A stretch of DNA of 64,000 nt from the IMG/VR virus record IMGVR_UViG_3300031087_000494; one strand, 5' to 3'. This document shows, in pieces, positions 37,846-48,156 of the stretch (the first letter of the stretch is position 1; the number at the start of each line of letters is the position of its first letter). The position numbers and the translations under genes are program-made. Origin of the DNA: an uncultured virus (IMG/VR IMGVR_UViG_3300031087_000494) (Duplodnaviria; Heunggongvirae; Uroviricota; Caudoviricetes). The notes under the pieces were generated by a model that was given only the letters and a program-made list of their open reading frames with translations, was not told the origin of the DNA and ran no database searches.

Positions 37846-39111
37846 ATGGACACCAACCAGACTCCCATCTTCCTCTCGGACATCGTCTCCGTGGATGACT
37901 TCGTCGCTGACATCGCTGCCGACCGCATCCAGGAGCGCAAGCACCCCGAGGATTCCGACCTGCGCATCTACAGCTACACCAAAAAGACGCAGTTCGGTGG
38001 GCTCTGGACTCCCGCTGCGAAGCTCGCTCGCGGACTCATCCTCCGCGTGCCCAACGGCGACTTCAAGCTCGCCACCGTCGAGTCGCGGGGCCTCCCCAAA
38101 TTTTTCACGGTGGCTCAGAGCCAGGACGACTGGGGCCGCGTGAAGCTCATCGATGACGACGAGAATGTGGTCGTGGACGAGGCTCCCGAGATCCCCTGGG
38201 ACTTGCCGGCAGTTGTTGCCAACAAGCTCAACGGCGCCCTCGGCCTCGGCTACATCGACCCGGCTGGTCTCTTCCGGGTCTCCACCAAGGGCTCCTTCGG
38301 ATCCCTGGAGGCAACCGTGGCCAACCGGGTCCTCGACTCCAAGTACGCTGCTGCGCTCCCGGAGCTTTCCCGGATCTCGGGCTACACGGTGCTCTTCGAG
38401 ATCATCACCCCCGAGCGGCCCCACCCGGTGGACTACGGCAACCTCGAGGACCTGATCTTCCTCGGCGCCATCGACAACCACAGCGGTGGCTGGACTCCGG
38501 CCTCAGGTTCGGAGAAGATCGTCACCGAGCTCGGCTTCCCCTTCGCTGAGACCCACGAGGTCGGCAGCCTGAAGGACGCCGTGGCGCTGCCCTACGCGGA
38601 CAACACCGAGGGCTTTGTGGTCACCGTCATCGGCGGAGGCCCGGAGGCGATCTACAAGGTCAAGCCCAACGAGTACCTGCAGCTCCGGAAGCTCTTCTAC
38701 GCGCTCCAGGAGACGGAGCTCAAGGACTTCGTCTCGACCCGGGCTTTCACCGACCAGCTCCAGGAGATCGACGGCCCCGAGGACATCGACCTCTCGGCTC
38801 TGGTGGGGGAGCTCAAGCTCAACGGCCAGATGGAGGCAATGCTGGAGAAGCGCCGGGGAACGATCTACATGCAGATCGTTGCTCCCGCCCAGGACCTCAT
38901 CGAGGACATCCGTGAGGGCTTCATCCGCTACGCTGAGGACTCCGGTGAGCTCATCGGCGAGATCTCCCGAGGGGAGATCGCTGCCTGGGTCAACGGCGGC
39001 AACAAGGCCTTCCGGGGTCTGTACTTTGCCATCTACGACTCGCTCACCGGCGCACCGGTCACCAAGGCCAACCAGGCAGCGGTGAAGCTCATCCTCGCGG
39101 GTGAGCACTGA
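37846..39111 (+). CDS. RNA ligase (Rnl1-like nucleotidyltransferase), leaderless
   Basis: ARGLI, RGLPKFF, KLNG (motif I), STKGSF, LFEII, EGFVV, YKVK. Confidence 0.85.
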   Translation: MDTNQTPIFLSDIVSVDDFVADIAADRIQERKHPEDSDLRIYSYTKKTQFGGLWTPAAKLARGLILRVPNGDFKLATVESRGLPKFFTVAQSQDDWGRVKLIDDDENVVVDEAPEIPWDLPAVVANKLNGALGLGYIDPAGLFRVSTKGSFGSLEATVANRVLDSKYAAALPELSRISGYTVLFEIITPERPHPVDYGNLEDLIFLGAIDNHSGGWTPASGSEKIVTELGFPFAETHEVGSLKDAVALPYADNTEGFVVTVIGGGPEAIYKVKPNEYLQLRKLFYALQETELKDFVSTRAFTDQLQEIDGPEDIDLSALVGELKLNGQMEAMLEKRRGTIYMQIVAPAQDLIEDIREGFIRYAEDSGELIGEISRGEIAAWVNGGNKAFRGLYFAIYDSLTGAPVTKANQAAVKLILAGEH

Positions 39112-39157
39112 CCAGCACTACCCGCTAGGAAGCTCCAGGTGACCTCCTAAAGGCCCC

Positions 39158-39196
39158 ACAGCCCGAGGACGAAACATCCATCGTCCTCGGGCTGTT
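39158..39196 (+). terminator. Terminator hairpin
   Basis: ACAGCCCGAGGACGA/TCGTCCTCGGGCTGT. Confidence 0.6.
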
Positions 39197-39296
39197 GCTG
39201 TCTCAGGCGGCCATTCAGCATCGAGTTGACCAAAGGGCGCCGAAGGGTGTAGCATCAAAACGAACAGTAGACTCATTCTTACCTAGGGAGAAACCC

Positions 39297-39677
39297 TTGA
39301 CACTCAAGTTCACCCGCGAAGGCGGAGGCGAGCTCTCGGTAGAGCACGAGGATCCCCTCGTCGAGGTCGGCCTCGCCATGGCCGCACTCAACGAGAAGTG
39401 GGGATTCCACGGAGAGCCCGCGGAGCTCGCAAAGTCCCTGGACGGCATCATCCGGAGCGCGCAGGCAGATCCGAAATCAGGCGGCGGTGAGCTCATGCAC
39501 CTCCAGGGCCAGAGCCAGAAGATTCAGCTCATGGAGCAGCTCGCCCAGAGCTTCAGGGGAACTCGAGACGAGGAAGATGACGAGCTCCCTCGCTACGAGG
39601 GTCCGATCAGCGAAGCTCGCCAGATGGCCCAGGACTACGCTCGCAGCCTTGGCTGCAAGATGGAGGCAGCCCAGTGA
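39297..39677 (+). CDS. Hypothetical protein
   Basis: TTG start after AGGGAG; promoter TTGACC..TAGCAT upstream. Confidence 0.65.
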   Translation: MTLKFTREGGGELSVEHEDPLVEVGLAMAALNEKWGFHGEPAELAKSLDGIIRSAQADPKSGGGELMHLQGQSQKIQLMEQLAQSFRGTRDEEDDELPRYEGPISEARQMAQDYARSLGCKMEAAQ

Positions 39678-40243
39678 CGGCCGCTCTGGCCATCATCCTC
39701 GGCCTCATCGCCTCCTGTCTCATCGTCGCCCTGAGCTTCGTCAGGGGCCAGCGGCGAATCGCCCTGGTGAGCATGGCCCTGAGCACGGTCCTCGTGGGGC
39801 AGTATCTCAGCCTCAGCCAGCCCGTGGCGGCCACCCTGAGCGCCATGAGCCTCGGCTACGCTGCCCTGGTCTACTTCACGGTAGCTAGGACAGATGCCTT
39901 CAGCCTGTGGGTCAACGGTAGCAGCGCACGCATCATCCTCCTCGGAGTCTACACCGGAGTCTTCGCGGTGCTCAACGGTGGCATCGGTCTCAATCTGCAG
40001 CTCCTTGCCTACCTCGGGAGCGTGCTCATGGTGGCCGTGATGATGGTGGAGCACCCCTGGCTATCGAAGGCCATCCTGCTCGTAGCTGGAGTCTGCTGGA
40101 CGATCTTCCAGTACGAGACCGGAGCCTACGGGAACCTCGTCGGCCAGCTCTTCTACTTCGGCGGACTGGTCTGGTCGAGCCTCAAGCTCTTCCAGCTCCA
40201 GCGCGGTAGGGTTCTCCGGGAGGAAGTCCCAGAGGCCGCCTGA
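39674..40243 (+). CDS. Multi-pass membrane protein
   Basis: About six hydrophobic segments. Confidence 0.75.
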   Translation: MTAALAIILGLIASCLIVALSFVRGQRRIALVSMALSTVLVGQYLSLSQPVAATLSAMSLGYAALVYFTVARTDAFSLWVNGSSARIILLGVYTGVFAVLNGGIGLNLQLLAYLGSVLMVAVMMVEHPWLSKAILLVAGVCWTIFQYETGAYGNLVGQLFYFGGLVWSSLKLFQLQRGRVLREEVPEAA

Positions 40244-40291
40244 GATCAACTCGAGCCGATATGGTTCTGGACATCACAGAAGGGCTTCACC

Positions 40292-40630
40292 ATGAAGGCA
40301 TCACAGATCGCAGTTCGAGAGCTTTCGAGCGCTCTCCGGGAGTTCGGCGTCCGCCAGGAAGACGAGGATGGAGCTGAGGTCTTCTTCATCGAAGATGCAA
40401 GCGTGGTCTTCGGTCTCGATGATTCGGGCCAGAGGGTCTTCCAGGGGCTGAGCTTCGAGATGGTGGCTAGAGACTTCCATGTGCTCCCCAACCTCGACCT
40501 CGTGGTCACCGAAACTCCGGTGAACTCAAGCGAGAGCGAGGCCTATGTGGTCAACGACAGCAAGCTCACTGCCCACGCGAGCTCCTATCTCCTCTGGCGA
40601 GCCGGCCTCCTCAAGGACCTCCAGGTCTGA
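40292..40630 (+). CDS. Hypothetical protein
   Basis: GAAGGG RBS. Confidence 0.7.
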   Translation: MKASQIAVRELSSALREFGVRQEDEDGAEVFFIEDASVVFGLDDSGQRVFQGLSFEMVARDFHVLPNLDLVVTETPVNSSESEAYVVNDSKLTAHASSYLLWRAGLLKDLQV

Positions 40631-40694
40631 GCCCGGTCTGCGTTAGATAGCTCCATAGATAGCATGCTGAAACTGATCGCAGGGAGCTGATCCA

Positions 40695-41990
40695 GTGGCC
40701 ACACAGTACCACCTCACACCCGAGGGTCCTCGGAAGTGCTCCGTAGACCCCTCGAAGCCCAACAGCCGCGGCTGCAAGTACGACAGCATGCACTTCGACA
40801 ACTTCGAAGACGCCATGGATGTCTACAGCGAGGAGCTCGAGGCGGCCTTCGGCAAGTTCTCCGTGCTCGTGCGCCCCTCCGCAAAGGAGAGAGCGCGACG
40901 CATCGGCTACCGAGGCCTCGACGGCATCGAGCGCGTCCAGGCAAGCCCCCAGGTCAAGGCGGCAGTCGCTACCCTCAAGACCATCGGCTCTAAGGCCCGG
41001 GAAGCAGTCGCCGAAATCCGTGGCCACTACAGCGAGGGAGCCCAGCCCGTCAACCGGCCCGCCAGCCTCCCCGAGACGCTGGAGACAGCTCCTCTCAGCG
41101 AGCTCCCTGCGGAGGATCAGGCCGCAGAGGCCAACAGCGAAGAGACCTTCAGCTCCGGCAGGGAGGAGAGCCTCCAGGACTTCGCCAGCAGGATCCTCTC
41201 GAACCGCAGTGGCTCGAGCTTCACTCTCACTCCGGTGGATGGAAGCGCTCGAGAAGAGGCCCTCGCCCGGCTCGAGGAGTTCGAGAACAACCGCAGCGAG
41301 AAGGCTAAGCCTCAGCCCTCCAAGGCCCAGATCAGGCGCTCCGCCAAGAGCCGAAAGGCAGCCCTCGCAAAGGCTCGAGTTCGCAGCGCTGTGAGTGCTG
41401 GCAAGGAGCGCACGGCCCGTGTGCTCATCGACTCTGGCTACACGGTTCGTGCATCTGCAGCAGCAGCCCGGGACACCGCCAGGCTCAAGGCCCAGAGCGC
41501 AAGGGTTCGAGCCGGAGCCGCGGCTCGCATCGTTCAGCAGCGCGCAGCTCGCATGAGCGTTCCCGCAGCCCACATCCGACCCGGAGACACCTTCGATGGC
41601 ACAACGGTGAGGGCAGTCGAGGCCGTTGCCCCCGGCAAGATCAAGATCAGCTACCAGGCAGAGGCCAACGGCCCCGTGCTCTCGGCCACCGTTCCCAGCG
41701 ACCGGTCCATGCGCGTGGATCGCAAGACCCGCAGGGAGGCTCGTAACAGCCGGATCTCCTCGAGGATCGCTACCCCCATCGGTAAGACTCGTACGCTTTC
41801 CAGCAAGGTGCTGAAGTCCTCCAGGGAGCAGCTCTCGGGGCTCGACGCGCTCCTTGCCCGGGATGCTCGCTTCGGAGCAGTTGCCCGGGAGATCCGTCAG
41901 TCCGAGCGTAAGCAGAACCAGCTCGCAATCATCGATAGGCTGCGAGCGATCCGCACTGAGAATCCCGAGAGAGTTCTTCAGGATAGCTGA
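40695..41990 (+). CDS. HCCH-tag protein with basic Ala/Arg-rich body
   Basis: QYH-LTPEGPRK-C-x11-C-KYDSM-HF. Confidence 0.8.
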   Translation: MATQYHLTPEGPRKCSVDPSKPNSRGCKYDSMHFDNFEDAMDVYSEELEAAFGKFSVLVRPSAKERARRIGYRGLDGIERVQASPQVKAAVATLKTIGSKAREAVAEIRGHYSEGAQPVNRPASLPETLETAPLSELPAEDQAAEANSEETFSSGREESLQDFASRILSNRSGSSFTLTPVDGSAREEALARLEEFENNRSEKAKPQPSKAQIRRSAKSRKAALAKARVRSAVSAGKERTARVLIDSGYTVRASAAAARDTARLKAQSARVRAGAAARIVQQRAARMSVPAAHIRPGDTFDGTTVRAVEAVAPGKIKISYQAEANGPVLSATVPSDRSMRVDRKTRREARNSRISSRIATPIGKTRTLSSKVLKSSREQLSGLDALLARDARFGAVAREIRQSERKQNQLAIIDRLRAIRTENPERVLQDS

Positions 41991-42082
41991 TCGTCAGCCT
42001 CGCTTAGCGGCATCATAGGAAGAGAACAGACTTCCCGTGGTGCCGCTTTGCTGTGGCCACCAGACTCCAAGGAGCGTAACCG

Positions 42083-42691
42083 ATGGCCCCAACCGGCCAG
42101 CCGAACTGGGCCCAGGAAGCTCAGCGAAAGACCCTGGAGGCCGAAGCTCTAGATCGGCCTGAGTGGATGCCCAGCCAGGAACAGATCGATGGCTACTTCT
42201 CGAATCTTCGAGGCGGCCGCATCCTCGTTGCCGGCTCCCGGGGCTGGACCAACCGCAAGGCTGTCAAGGGTTCCCTGAGCCGGGCGCTGAAATTCCTAGG
42301 CTGGAGCCCCGAAAAGGCCACGCTGATCCACGGCGGTGAGAAAGGCGCAGACAAGCTTGCCTCCACCCTGGCCGCGAGGGAAGGGCTCATCACAGAGGCC
42401 CATCACGCCGACCGCTGGCACCACAGCCCCGAATGTCCCAGCGAAAAGCCCGCCGATGGAGGATGCTGGCAGGGCAGAAAGAGCTGTAGAAGAGCCACAC
42501 AGCGTCGCAACCGGGAGATCCTCAGCTCAGACGGCGACATCCTCCTCGCCTTCATCGAGGACGGAGATCCGGGGCCGAGCGCCATGGTCCGTGAATGGAC
42601 TGCTGAGCTCAAACCGGCCATCGTCTGCGAGTTCGACTCGGAGAGCGGAGTAGTCTCTGGAGAGCTGATCCATATGGATAGCTGGAAGTAG
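42083..42691 (+). CDS. SLOG-family (DUF2493/YspA-like) protein
   Basis: RILVAGSRGW, LIHGG.KGADKLA, RRNREIL. Confidence 0.8.
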   Translation: MAPTGQPNWAQEAQRKTLEAEALDRPEWMPSQEQIDGYFSNLRGGRILVAGSRGWTNRKAVKGSLSRALKFLGWSPEKATLIHGGEKGADKLASTLAAREGLITEAHHADRWHHSPECPSEKPADGGCWQGRKSCRRATQRRNREILSSDGDILLAFIEDGDPGPSAMVREWTAELKPAIVCEFDSESGVVSGELIHMDSWK

Positions 42692-42744
42692 CAGCAGGAC
42701 CGCTGGCTGATAGAGCACTACAACGGAAACCGGAGGCAGGCATA

Positions 42745-43293
42745 GTGGCTGAAACGCAGGGTAGACGATCCCGGGAGCAGGAGCTCTGGCGGGGAAGGAC
42801 CCATCCTAAGATCCTCTTCAAGCCCGCCATGGTGCAGCTCCTTCTCATCGGGCTCCATGTGCTCGTAGCTGTCTACATTCCCCGGGAAACCAGCTGGACC
42901 TGGTGGGATGCCTGGGGGCAGCTCACGCTCCAGAGCATCCTGGGCTTCCTCTCGCTCCTCTATGTGGTGATTCCCCTCCTCCGCTGGAAGAACGCGACCT
43001 TTGAGCTCACCGACCGGCGAGTCATTAAGCACTGGGGCATCCTCTACCGCCACTCCCTGGAGATCCCCCTGGATCGGGTCACATCGGTCTCCGTGGAGCG
43101 GGGTATCCTTGACCGGATCTTTGGCTGCGGCACTCTGAACTTTCAGGATGCATCGTCCGCCAACACTCCAACTCGAGGATCCTGGAACCGGGACCGGGGC
43201 AATCAGCAGCTCCAGGGCGTTAGATTTTACGATGTCCCTCGAGTGCTGAAAGTCAAAGAAATCATCGACAGCACTCGCTACAACGCCGACTGA
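42745..43293 (+). CDS. Membrane protein with bacterial PH domain
   Basis: 2 TM segments then FELTDRRVI..GIL.R..EIPLDRV.SV..RIFGCGTL. Confidence 0.8.
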   Translation: MAETQGRRSREQELWRGRTHPKILFKPAMVQLLLIGLHVLVAVYIPRETSWTWWDAWGQLTLQSILGFLSLLYVVIPLLRWKNATFELTDRRVIKHWGILYRHSLEIPLDRVTSVSVERGILDRIFGCGTLNFQDASSANTPTRGSWNRDRGNQQLQGVRFYDVPRVLKVKEIIDSTRYNAD

Positions 43294-43305
43294 GAGTAGA
43301 CCCCC

Positions 43306-43506
43306 ATGACCTCCGAAATCACACAGCCTTCCCGGTACTTCAGCATCGACGGTGGCAGCACTGTGGTGCAGTCACACGGAACCCACTGGACTCGCTGGGA
43401 CGACTGGGATGGACCCGTCGCTACCTCGATCTGGACAGAAGAGAACCCTCGCCTCACAGAGCTCACCGAAGCTGAAGCCAAGGCTCGCATCGGCGCTCGA
43501 GGCTGA
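43306..43506 (+). CDS. Small hypothetical protein
   Basis: Operonic ORF. Confidence 0.55.
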   Translation: MTSEITQPSRYFSIDGGSTVVQSHGTHWTRWDDWDGPVATSIWTEENPRLTELTEAEAKARIGARG

Positions 43507-43655
43507 GAGGACTTCCGTTATCACCCTGTGATATAGACCCCTGTTCGCCTCCGGGCGGGCAGGAAGCCCTTTCCGGGAGAGACTTTGAGCCCCAACTGCG
43601 TGTGGTTCGTCGGCCTGGCTGGGGACCATCATCCCCAACCGCTAGGAGAACGGCT

Positions 43656-44603
43656 TTGGCCAATCGAACGACGAGGAAGCGCAGGAGAGGCTCCCCCGCC
43701 CATAGGGCTATCCCTATCCGCAGCCACAGCAGTGGAGGCAAGAATCTAGGAAGAGCAACCGCAGGTGCAGTAGCCCTGGCGCTCTTCCTCCCAGTGGCAG
43801 GTGTTTCCGCATCTGCTGCAGTCAGCGCAACGCCCGAGAGCTCCCCCACCAACCTCACTGTGGAGGATCTCGCATCCGTAAGCAAGGTGCAGATTCAGAC
43901 AGCCAATAGCACCAAGACCGAGAGCTTCAGCTCCCAGGATCTCATCAGCAGTGTGGCCGACAAGATCGAGGCCGACCGGGTTGCCCGGGACAAGGCGCGA
44001 GAAGAGGCTCGCATCGCTGCTGAGAAGGCGAAGGCAGAAGCTGAGGCTAAGGCCAAGGCAGAGGCAGAAGCCAAGGCTGCCGCTGAGGCCAAGGCGGCTG
44101 CAGATGCTGCTGCTGCGAAGGATGAGGCAGACAGGAAGGCTGCAGCTGCCGCACAGGCCTCTCGAAGCGCCGCGCTTCAGCAGTCGAGTGGCGCTCCAGT
44201 AGCATCCCCGAGTTCGCCAACGGTCCCCAATGTGCCCTCCACTGGGGCACTCGCCGACCGCATCGTAGCTGCAGCTAAGGCTCAGGTCGGAGTTCCTCAG
44301 GACTGCACCGACCTCGTCCAGAACACGCTGGCCGCGGTGGGTCTCACCACCCGTCGGGATCAGGGTGGCTACGATCTGGGTACTGGTATCTGGCAGTACG
44401 ACAACTTCGGCCCGCGAGTTGCGCTCAGCGACATCCAGCCCGGAGACATCCTGGTCTACGGCAACGCTGGAACCGGCGCCCATGTGGCCATCTACATCGG
44501 CAACGGCCAGGCCGTCCACGGTGGCTTCGGCGGAAAGACCGTGATCTACAGCCAGTACATCACCAAGCACCAGCTCACCGGAGCAATCCGACCGGGAGCC
44601 TGA
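43656..44603 (+). CDS. Secreted NlpC/P60 peptidoglycan hydrolase with Ala/Lys/Glu coiled coil
   Basis: TTG after AGGAG; signal-like segment; QDCTDLV, PGDILVY, HVAIYIGNGQAVHG. Confidence 0.9.
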   Translation: MANRTTRKRRRGSPAHRAIPIRSHSSGGKNLGRATAGAVALALFLPVAGVSASAAVSATPESSPTNLTVEDLASVSKVQIQTANSTKTESFSSQDLISSVADKIEADRVARDKAREEARIAAEKAKAEAEAKAKAEAEAKAAAEAKAAADAAAAKDEADRKAAAAAQASRSAALQQSSGAPVASPSSPTVPNVPSTGALADRIVAAAKAQVGVPQDCTDLVQNTLAAVGLTTRRDQGGYDLGTGIWQYDNFGPRVALSDIQPGDILVYGNAGTGAHVAIYIGNGQAVHGGFGGKTVIYSQYITKHQLTGAIRPGA

Positions 44604-44649
44604 TCCCCGAGAGTTGCGAGCTGAAGAGGGTCCGTGTAGCATTGGCTGC

Positions 44650-45246
44650 ATGGACCCTCAGCTCGTTCCCCCAGCCGCCGATAAGGACAAGGCCACCTTC
44701 TCCGATGGCCGCAATGTGACTGATTTCTACAAGAGCTGGGAGCTCGAGGAGATCAAGGCGGACCTCGACCGACGGCGCACTCCCCTGGTCAACATCTGCA
44801 TGAACCTGAGCTCGGATTTCAACAAGTCCTCGGTGATCCGCTCCAACAACGCCTTCCTCGGCCGCAAGGTCTACATCGTGGGCAAGAAGCGCTACGATGT
44901 GCGAGGCGCTGTGGGCACTCGCCACTACGAGCATGTGGAGCACTCCGAGGAGCTCGCTCCGGTGATCGAGGGGCTCATCGCCGAGGGCTATCTGGTCTGC
45001 CCGGTGGACAACATCCCCGGCTACGAGCCTCAGAACCTCTTCGATGTGGAGCTCCCGGAGAAGGTAGCCTTCCTCTACGGTGAGGAGGGGCTCGGTCTAT
45101 CCGCTGAGGCCATCGAGCTCTGCAACGGTCCCATGATCCAGGTTCAGATGTACGGCTCGGTGCGCTCCCTCAATGTGGCCCAGTGCGCAGCCGTGCTCAT
45201 GGCTGAGTACAGCCGCCAGCACCATCAGCTCCTCACTGGAGAGTAG
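44650..45246 (+). CDS. TrmH/SpoU-family RNA methyltransferase (leaderless)
   Basis: N.SSVIRSNNAF, GEEGLGLS, MYGSVRSLNVAQCAAV. Confidence 0.9.
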   Translation: MDPQLVPPAADKDKATFSDGRNVTDFYKSWELEEIKADLDRRRTPLVNICMNLSSDFNKSSVIRSNNAFLGRKVYIVGKKRYDVRGAVGTRHYEHVEHSEELAPVIEGLIAEGYLVCPVDNIPGYEPQNLFDVELPEKVAFLYGEEGLGLSAEAIELCNGPMIQVQMYGSVRSLNVAQCAAVLMAEYSRQHHQLLTGE

Positions 45247-45319
45247 CCCGTCGGACTGCTGTTTGACCTAGAGCCCGAAGTGGGTTAGGGTGGACCCAAC
45301 GAACGAAGGAGAACCACCC

Positions 45320-46192
45320 ATGTCGATGCCGCAGGACCTCGTGCTCATCCGCCACGGACAGTCGGAGGCCAATGTCCGTCAGCGAGCATCCCGCAAGGGT
45401 GACAACAGCCTCTTCACCGAGGATCTCGTCACGGTGCCCGACCGCTCCTGGCGGCTCACTGAGATGGGAGCCACCCAGGCTCGTAGCATCGGCTACTACC
45501 TCAAGGGAGAGTTTCCTCAGGGCTTCGACCGCTACATCGTGAGCCCCTTCATCCGTACCCGGGAGACCGCAGCCAACCTTGGGCTCAGCCGGGCCGACTG
45601 GGAAGAGAATCGGATCATCCGAGAGCGTTCCTGGGGCGAGGTCGATGGCCTCTCAGTCGCGGACTTCAAGAAGCTCTACCCCTACAACACCCGGCTCAAG
45701 GAGATCGATCCGATCTACTGGGCTCCACCCGCTGGTGAATCCCTGGCCTCCGTGGCCGAGAACCGGGTCAGCAACTTCCTCCGAGGGCTCTCCCGGGACT
45801 CCTCGGGTGCTCGAGTCCTCGCGGTGACCCACGGCGACTTCATCCTCTCCAGCAGGCTTCTCATCGAGCAGTGGTCGGACGAGGAGTTCCTAAAGATGGA
45901 CGCTGACGAGAGCCAGCGCACTCGCAACTGCATCATGGTCCACTACAGCCGCCGGGACCCCAAGACCGGCAAGCTCGCTGATCGCTTCCGCTGGGTGCGG
46001 CTCTCCTACCCCGATGGTGAGACCGACTACTTCGGCACCAAGAAGATCACCGAGCAGGGCTGGCGGGAGTTCGGAGGACGGCGTACCATGTCCAACCGGG
46101 AGCTCCTCGGTCTCGTGGAGTCCCAGGAGCGCCGGCTAACTGAGGTCGACGAGCTCACCACTGCCCTGGCAGGAGCCTCCGAGAAGGCCTAG
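45320..46192 (+). CDS. Histidine phosphatase (phosphoglycerate mutase family)
   Basis: LIRHGQSEAN, SPFIRTRETA, ERSWG, VTHG. Confidence 0.9.
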   Translation: MSMPQDLVLIRHGQSEANVRQRASRKGDNSLFTEDLVTVPDRSWRLTEMGATQARSIGYYLKGEFPQGFDRYIVSPFIRTRETAANLGLSRADWEENRIIRERSWGEVDGLSVADFKKLYPYNTRLKEIDPIYWAPPAGESLASVAENRVSNFLRGLSRDSSGARVLAVTHGDFILSSRLLIEQWSDEEFLKMDADESQRTRNCIMVHYSRRDPKTGKLADRFRWVRLSYPDGETDYFGTKKITEQGWREFGGRRTMSNRELLGLVESQERRLTEVDELTTALAGASEKA

Positions 46193-46269
46193 CCCATCGC
46201 TTCCTAGAGGTAGCTACTCCTCGTTTAGATAGGAGTCCCATCGGACCCCACTAACAGAGGAAAGCACTG

Positions 46270-46992
46270 ATGGCAAAGTTCCACATCCGCGAAGACGGCG
46301 TAGCTCGTCGCTGCTGGGCGCAGCCCGGTAATTGCCCCGTGAACCGTGGAGAGGATGGCACTGAAGCACCTCACTACGCTTCAAAGGATGAGGCCAATTT
46401 GGCCTACGAGAAGAAGATGGAAGACAAGCTCATCCATGGGGCAGTTCAGAAGGACGGCACTCGTAAGCACCCCATGGCTGACATCCCTGACCTGGGAACT
46501 CGAGAGAACTCCCCGGCGGTAAGGCTCACCATGGAGGCTGTGGATTCGGTTTCCGACGAGACCCTGGAGCGCTGGAGGAATCTGGACCAGAACGCTCCTG
46601 AGCACAGGATCGCGAAGAACATCGATGACTACAGGGCAGGAAGCTACACCGAGGGAGTTCTTACCAATCTCGCCAGTAACAGTGGTACCGTAGCCTACGC
46701 CTACGCCGATAAGGACCTCAAGGCCCTGGCGAAGGAGAAGGTAGAGCTCGAAGCGGCGGAAGAGATCAACGCACTTCACGATAGGATCACCAGTAGGAAC
46801 AGGGAGATCCTCGCTGAGTCGGGGGTCGATACCTACGACGGCTTCAAGGTCAATGACTTCGGACTCGAGAAGGTTGAAGTCGATCCTAAGCGCAAGGCTG
46901 AAGTCGAGAGTGAGATGGCCCGTATCTCCCAGGATCTTCCCGTACTCAAGAAGCTCCACGAGGCATGGAGCGCACCAAACAGCATGAGCTAG
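46270..46992 (+). CDS. HCCH-tag protein of unknown function
   Basis: KFH-IREDGVARR-C-WAQPGN-C-P-x11-HY. Confidence 0.8.
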   Translation: MAKFHIREDGVARRCWAQPGNCPVNRGEDGTEAPHYASKDEANLAYEKKMEDKLIHGAVQKDGTRKHPMADIPDLGTRENSPAVRLTMEAVDSVSDETLERWRNLDQNAPEHRIAKNIDDYRAGSYTEGVLTNLASNSGTVAYAYADKDLKALAKEKVELEAAEEINALHDRITSRNREILAESGVDTYDGFKVNDFGLEKVEVDPKRKAEVESEMARISQDLPVLKKLHEAWSAPNSMS

Positions 46993-47003
46993 AAAGGTAG
47001 ACC

Positions 47004-47567
47004 ATGGGTAGCGAGCGTAGCCCCCGAGCGGTCCTCATCCTGGACATCGACGGGAACCTGAACCCCTACTACGCTCGCCACACCCTGGAAGACCACCCGG
47101 AGCGGCTCCCCGGCTTTGGGGAATGCACTTTCCTCGATCCACAGTGGGGAGCCGCTTCCGTGTTCCTGCAGGCAGATGAGCTCAGGCGTCGATTCCGAGA
47201 GCTCAGGGAGGCCGGCGTAGAGCTCCTCTGGGGCTCCGCCTGGAATGAGAACTCGAACCTGATCACTCGCATGCTCTTCCCCGATGGGGACTTCGAGGAT
47301 GCTCCCACCATCGTCTTCCCGGAGGAGATCGAGTTCAGCTTCTCGGTGCAGACCTGGAAGCTCTCCACGGTGCGAAGCTACATCGAGGATCACTACGAGG
47401 ATAGCGTTCCCCTGATCTGGACGGACGACGAGGTCTTCGAGGATGCAGAGAGCTGGGTCCGAGGACGCCCAGGCCCTGGAATGGTCATCCGTCCCGAGCG
47501 CCACACAGGGCTTCGACTCCAGGATTGGGAGTCCATCGATTCCTTCGTTGCCAGCTTGAGGAGCTGA
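47004..47567 (+). CDS. HAD-family phosphatase (Swiss-army-knife RNA-repair type)
   Basis: LDIDGNLNP, WGSAW, WK, WTDDE, GL. Confidence 0.8.
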   Translation: MGSERSPRAVLILDIDGNLNPYYARHTLEDHPERLPGFGECTFLDPQWGAASVFLQADELRRRFRELREAGVELLWGSAWNENSNLITRMLFPDGDFEDAPTIVFPEEIEFSFSVQTWKLSTVRSYIEDHYEDSVPLIWTDDEVFEDAESWVRGRPGPGMVIRPERHTGLRLQDWESIDSFVASLRS

Positions 47568-47625
47568 CTCTTCCTCGCGATATGCCCAACCAGCCGTAGC
47601 CGCTGTCAATCCTTCTGGAGGAGCC

Positions 47626-48123
47626 ATGCTCGAAGAGCCCAAGGGTCGAGGTGACCTCATCGCCGCCCATCGGCCAACAGCTGATTCTGCCTACATCGAG
47701 GGTGTCGTTCAGAAGGTCCATGTGAACGGCGACGACTACTTCTATGAGATAGCCTGGGAAGATGGAAGGCACTTCGGAGAGCTGTTCTACGAGGGAGAGC
47801 TCGATGAGATCGACCTCGATGAGTCAGAGGCCACCATTCGAGTCGCCATGGGTGAGTTCCTTTCGGAAGATGCCCTCGACGAGTGGTTCGACTTCCCCAA
47901 CGACCGGCTCAAGGGGCTCACTCCCTACGAAGCTCTGGAGACCATGGGCCTGCGGCGCGTTGCCCTGGTGGCGGTCGAGGACTACACCGACGCGCTCTAC
48001 GAGGAACAAGAGCTCTCGGACGGCGACGAAGAAGACGGTTCGGGTAGCGCTCCCGTAAGGGAAGAGGACGAGCTCGAGGCTCAGATGGCGGCCATGTTCG
48101 CCAACAGGGATTCGCGAGACTGA
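47626..48123 (+). CDS. Protein with Xre/MbcA/ParS antitoxin-like C-terminal motif
   Basis: EWFDFPNDRLKGLTPYEAL..G.RRV. Confidence 0.5.
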   Translation: MLEEPKGRGDLIAAHRPTADSAYIEGVVQKVHVNGDDYFYEIAWEDGRHFGELFYEGELDEIDLDESEATIRVAMGEFLSEDALDEWFDFPNDRLKGLTPYEALETMGLRRVALVAVEDYTDALYEEQELSDGDEEDGSGSAPVREEDELEAQMAAMFANRDSRD

Positions 48124-48156
48124 CAGCTCAAGGGAGCTCCTTGTTAGGATCTGTTC

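Noticed and set aside
43530..43655. c-di-AMP (ydaO) riboswitch call
   Set aside because: The context fits, but the conserved ydaO sequence blocks could not be found.
44020..44160. Ala/Glu/Lys repeat in NlpC/P60 as a DNA repeat element
   Set aside because: Ordinary coiled-coil linker coding sequence.
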